In this document: piece by piece, positions 34,004-35,847 of the stretch
Layout of the letters: each line of letters opens with the position of its first letter
Position numbering within the stretch: the stretch's first letter is position 1
Virus record (IMG/VR): IMGVR_UViG_3300030372_004350
Coordinates: 1-35,847 of that record
Source of the DNA: a virus
Taxonomy: Duplodnaviria; Caudoviricetes
Length of the DNA: 35,847 nucleotides
Direction: 5' to 3' (one strand)
Program-made: the position numbers and the translations under genes
Notes under the pieces: model-generated
What the model saw: only the letters and a program-made list of their open reading frames with translations
Told to the model about the DNA's origin: nothing
Database searches by the model: none

Positions 34004-35847
34004 ATGAAGATTCCTGACGCAGGTAAACTCTCGGATCAGATTGCAAAGTGTAGAAGTGATCGGCAGAAGTTTGCTCGTGCTTGGGATCTTTGCTTGTTGT
34101 TTCTTCAGGGTAAGCAGCACGTTAAATACGACAGGGTAAAGCAAACCTTCGTGCGCACGGGCGCTGACGAGATGCAGGTAACCATTAACCTGATCGTCAA
34201 TATCTACCGCAACGTTCAGGCTCGCCTAACACTGGCTTACCCATCAGCCACCGTGTTGCCCGCCAGCGAATCAAACGAAGACATTATCAAAGCAAAGAGC
34301 TGCGAGTACGCACTCAAGTATTACTGGAACAGTGACAAGCTTAAGCGCAAGATGGTGGACGCTATCCGGTGGTTGCTGACTTGTGGCAACGTGGGAATGC
34401 ACACCAAGTACAACGGCGAGAAAGTAACCACTGAGGTTATTAGTCCTTACGATTTGTACTTTGAGCCTGGTCTTGATGACCCTGAGCAGTGCAACTGGAT
34501 TGCGTACGCTAAGCTTGTCAATCGTGAAGAACTTGAGGAAGCGTACCCAAATAAGAAAGACGTAATTAAGAACGCTGCTGATGCGACGAACGCTACTCCG
34601 GGTGCTTCATGGTTCAGGCTTCGTCAAACGTCGGTACCGAAAGATAGGGTTGAGATTTATGATGTTTACTTTCGCAGCGGTGAGCGTCGGGTTGTTCTTG
34701 GTGGTAGTTATCTTTTTGAGGGGGAGTGGGTAGGTAAAACCATGCCGATCCAGTTTATCCGTTACACACCAGTACCGGGTCAGCTGTGGGGTATGGGCAT
34801 GATTGAGCCGTTGCTCGATATTCAGGACCAGTACAACCGAGTGCGTGGTCAGATTATCGAGAACAGTGATCTGATCGCCAACCCGAAGTGGATGATCCCA
34901 AAGAGCGCAGGTGTTCCACCAGCAAGTATTACTCGTCGGCGTGGTGAGAAAGTCTACTACAACGACGTAGGTGGCCAGCGGCCTATTCCGGTTCAGATGC
35001 CGTCTTTACCTGGTTACGTTCTTCAGCAGGTGTCAGTACTGCACGGAGAGATGCTAGACGTGGCTGGCGTCCACGCTACAAGCCTTGGCAAGCGAGCGGT
35101 AGGGGTTACCTCCAGTGTTGCTATGCAGTCGCTTGCAAACAAAGACTCGCAACAGTTGATGGTGACACAAGAAGACTTAGAAGAAGCTGTAGTCGATCTA
35201 AGCAAGGTCGTGCTGACGCTTATGCAAAAGTATTACACCGAGAAGCGTATGGTTCGCATGCTCGACAATCTCGGCCAAGTTGTGTTCCAGTCACTAGACA
35301 GCACAAGCTTAATGAAAGATCCTGAAGTCTTCATTGAAGCAGGTTCGATGTTCCGTGATGAGCGTAAAGATCGCGATCAAAAGGTTCTTGAGTTAGTTCA
35401 GATGGGCATGATGCAACCCGACGAAGCGATGAAGGAACTGACGTTTGGTAACGGGCTTGAGCAGGTCAGTGAGAAACTTCAATCTATGGCGCATGCTCAG
35501 GATCTGCTTAACGCTGCGAAAGTTGGCGCTACGATTGAGATCTTCCCAACCGATGACCTAAAGTCGTTTGGTGAAGTCTTTGGTGACTATATCCGTACTG
35601 AGGAATACTACCAACTACCTCAAGAGCGGCAGCAGTACATCCGAGACATCTTCATTAGTGTTGAGACGTTCGGCACGCAGGCTGAGGTCCAAGCTGAGGC
35701 GCTCGCCAACCGCAAGGTGTTCCCTCGCTCTGCGCCTCCAGAGCAGCTAGATGAGATTTCAGTCACCATGGAATCGCCGACATCGGCTATTCAAGCGCAG
35801 ATGGAATCAGAGCGCATGGGTGTTATGGATATGAACCGGCAAATGGT
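34004..35847 (+). CDS. Portal protein (3'-truncated by the window end; not in the ORF track)
   Basis: ATG at 34004 with TAAGG RBS (MKIPDAGKL...). In frame with ATG 34742, which equals position 81 of the left copy. Confidence 0.87.
   Translation, partial: MKIPDAGKLSDQIAKCRSDRQKFARAWDLCLLFLQGKQHVKYDRVKQTFVRTGADEMQVTINLIVNIYRNVQARLTLAYPSATVLPASESNEDIIKAKSCEYALKYYWNSDKLKRKMVDAIRWLLTCGNVGMHTKYNGEKVTTEVISPYDLYFEPGLDDPEQCNWIAYAKLVNREELEEAYPNKKDVIKNAADATNATPGASWFRLRQTSVPKDRVEIYDVYFRSGERRVVLGGSYLFEGEWVGKTMPIQFIRYTPVPGQLWGMGMIEPLLDIQDQYNRVRGQIIENSDLIANPKWMIPKSAGVPPASITRRRGEKVYYNDVGGQRPIPVQMPSLPGYVLQQVSVLHGEMLDVAGVHATSLGKRAVGVTSSVAMQSLANKDSQQLMVTQEDLEEAVVDLSKVVLTLMQKYYTEKRMVRMLDNLGQVVFQSLDSTSLMKDPEVFIEAGSMFRDERKDRDQKVLELVQMGMMQPDEAMKELTFGNGLEQVSEKLQSMAHAQDLLNAAKVGATIEIFPTDDLKSFGEVFGDYIRTEEYYQLPQERQQYIRDIFISVETFGTQAEVQAEALANRKVFPRSAPPEQLDEISVTMESPTSAIQAQMESERMGVMDMNRQM
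34662..35847 (+). repeat. Imperfect direct repeat, right copy (pairs with 1-1186)
   Basis: Same alignment as the left copy. Confidence 0.97.

Noticed and set aside
34662-35847. Diversity-generating retroelement (template/variable repeat pair)
   Set aside because: Differences are mostly synonymous third-position changes of all base types, not adenine-specific. The repeat is too long and no reverse transcriptase is present.
1-35847. Stop-codon reassignment, tRNA genes, introns or inteins, integrase/att site
   Set aside because: Genes tile tightly under the standard code using TAA, TAG and TGA. I saw no cloverleaf, intein or recombinase motif by eye; tRNAscan and HMM searches were not run.

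Overview
The window is essentially one complete ~34.66 kb tailed dsDNA phage genome with podovirus-like architecture, opened inside the portal gene. Bases 1-1186 and 34662-35847 are two divergent copies of the same portal segment (by my manual count about 90 substitutions, about 92% identity, no indels). The + strand late arm (26072 through the end, continuing 1-16720) encodes small basic proteins, TerS, TerL, scaffold, major capsid, membrane proteins, portal, adaptor, nozzle, tail proteins, three ejection-type proteins, an M15 endolysin and a LamG protein. The - strand early/middle arm (25106 down to 16817) encodes small early ORFs, Gp88-like, Mor-like, RecE-like exonuclease, Sak/Rad52, SSB, RusA, C5-methyltransferase and a DnaC-like ATPase. 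I saw no integrase, polymerase, tRNA or CRISPR array. Four signals stand out. (1) A CCCCAAACC box sits 12-20 nt before the start codon of eight genes, and its complement lies in a structured 3' UTR of the late transcript, suggesting a multi-target antisense sRNA. (2) A start-less ORF resembling outer-membrane beta-strands lies in the -1 frame behind a holin-like gene, a candidate frameshift-made spanin. (3) The methyltransferase locus is dual-coding, of the EcoHK31I alpha/beta type. (4) An MRxAAxxKA peptide is shared by unrelated late proteins. All family assignments come from motif recognition by eye, not database searches.
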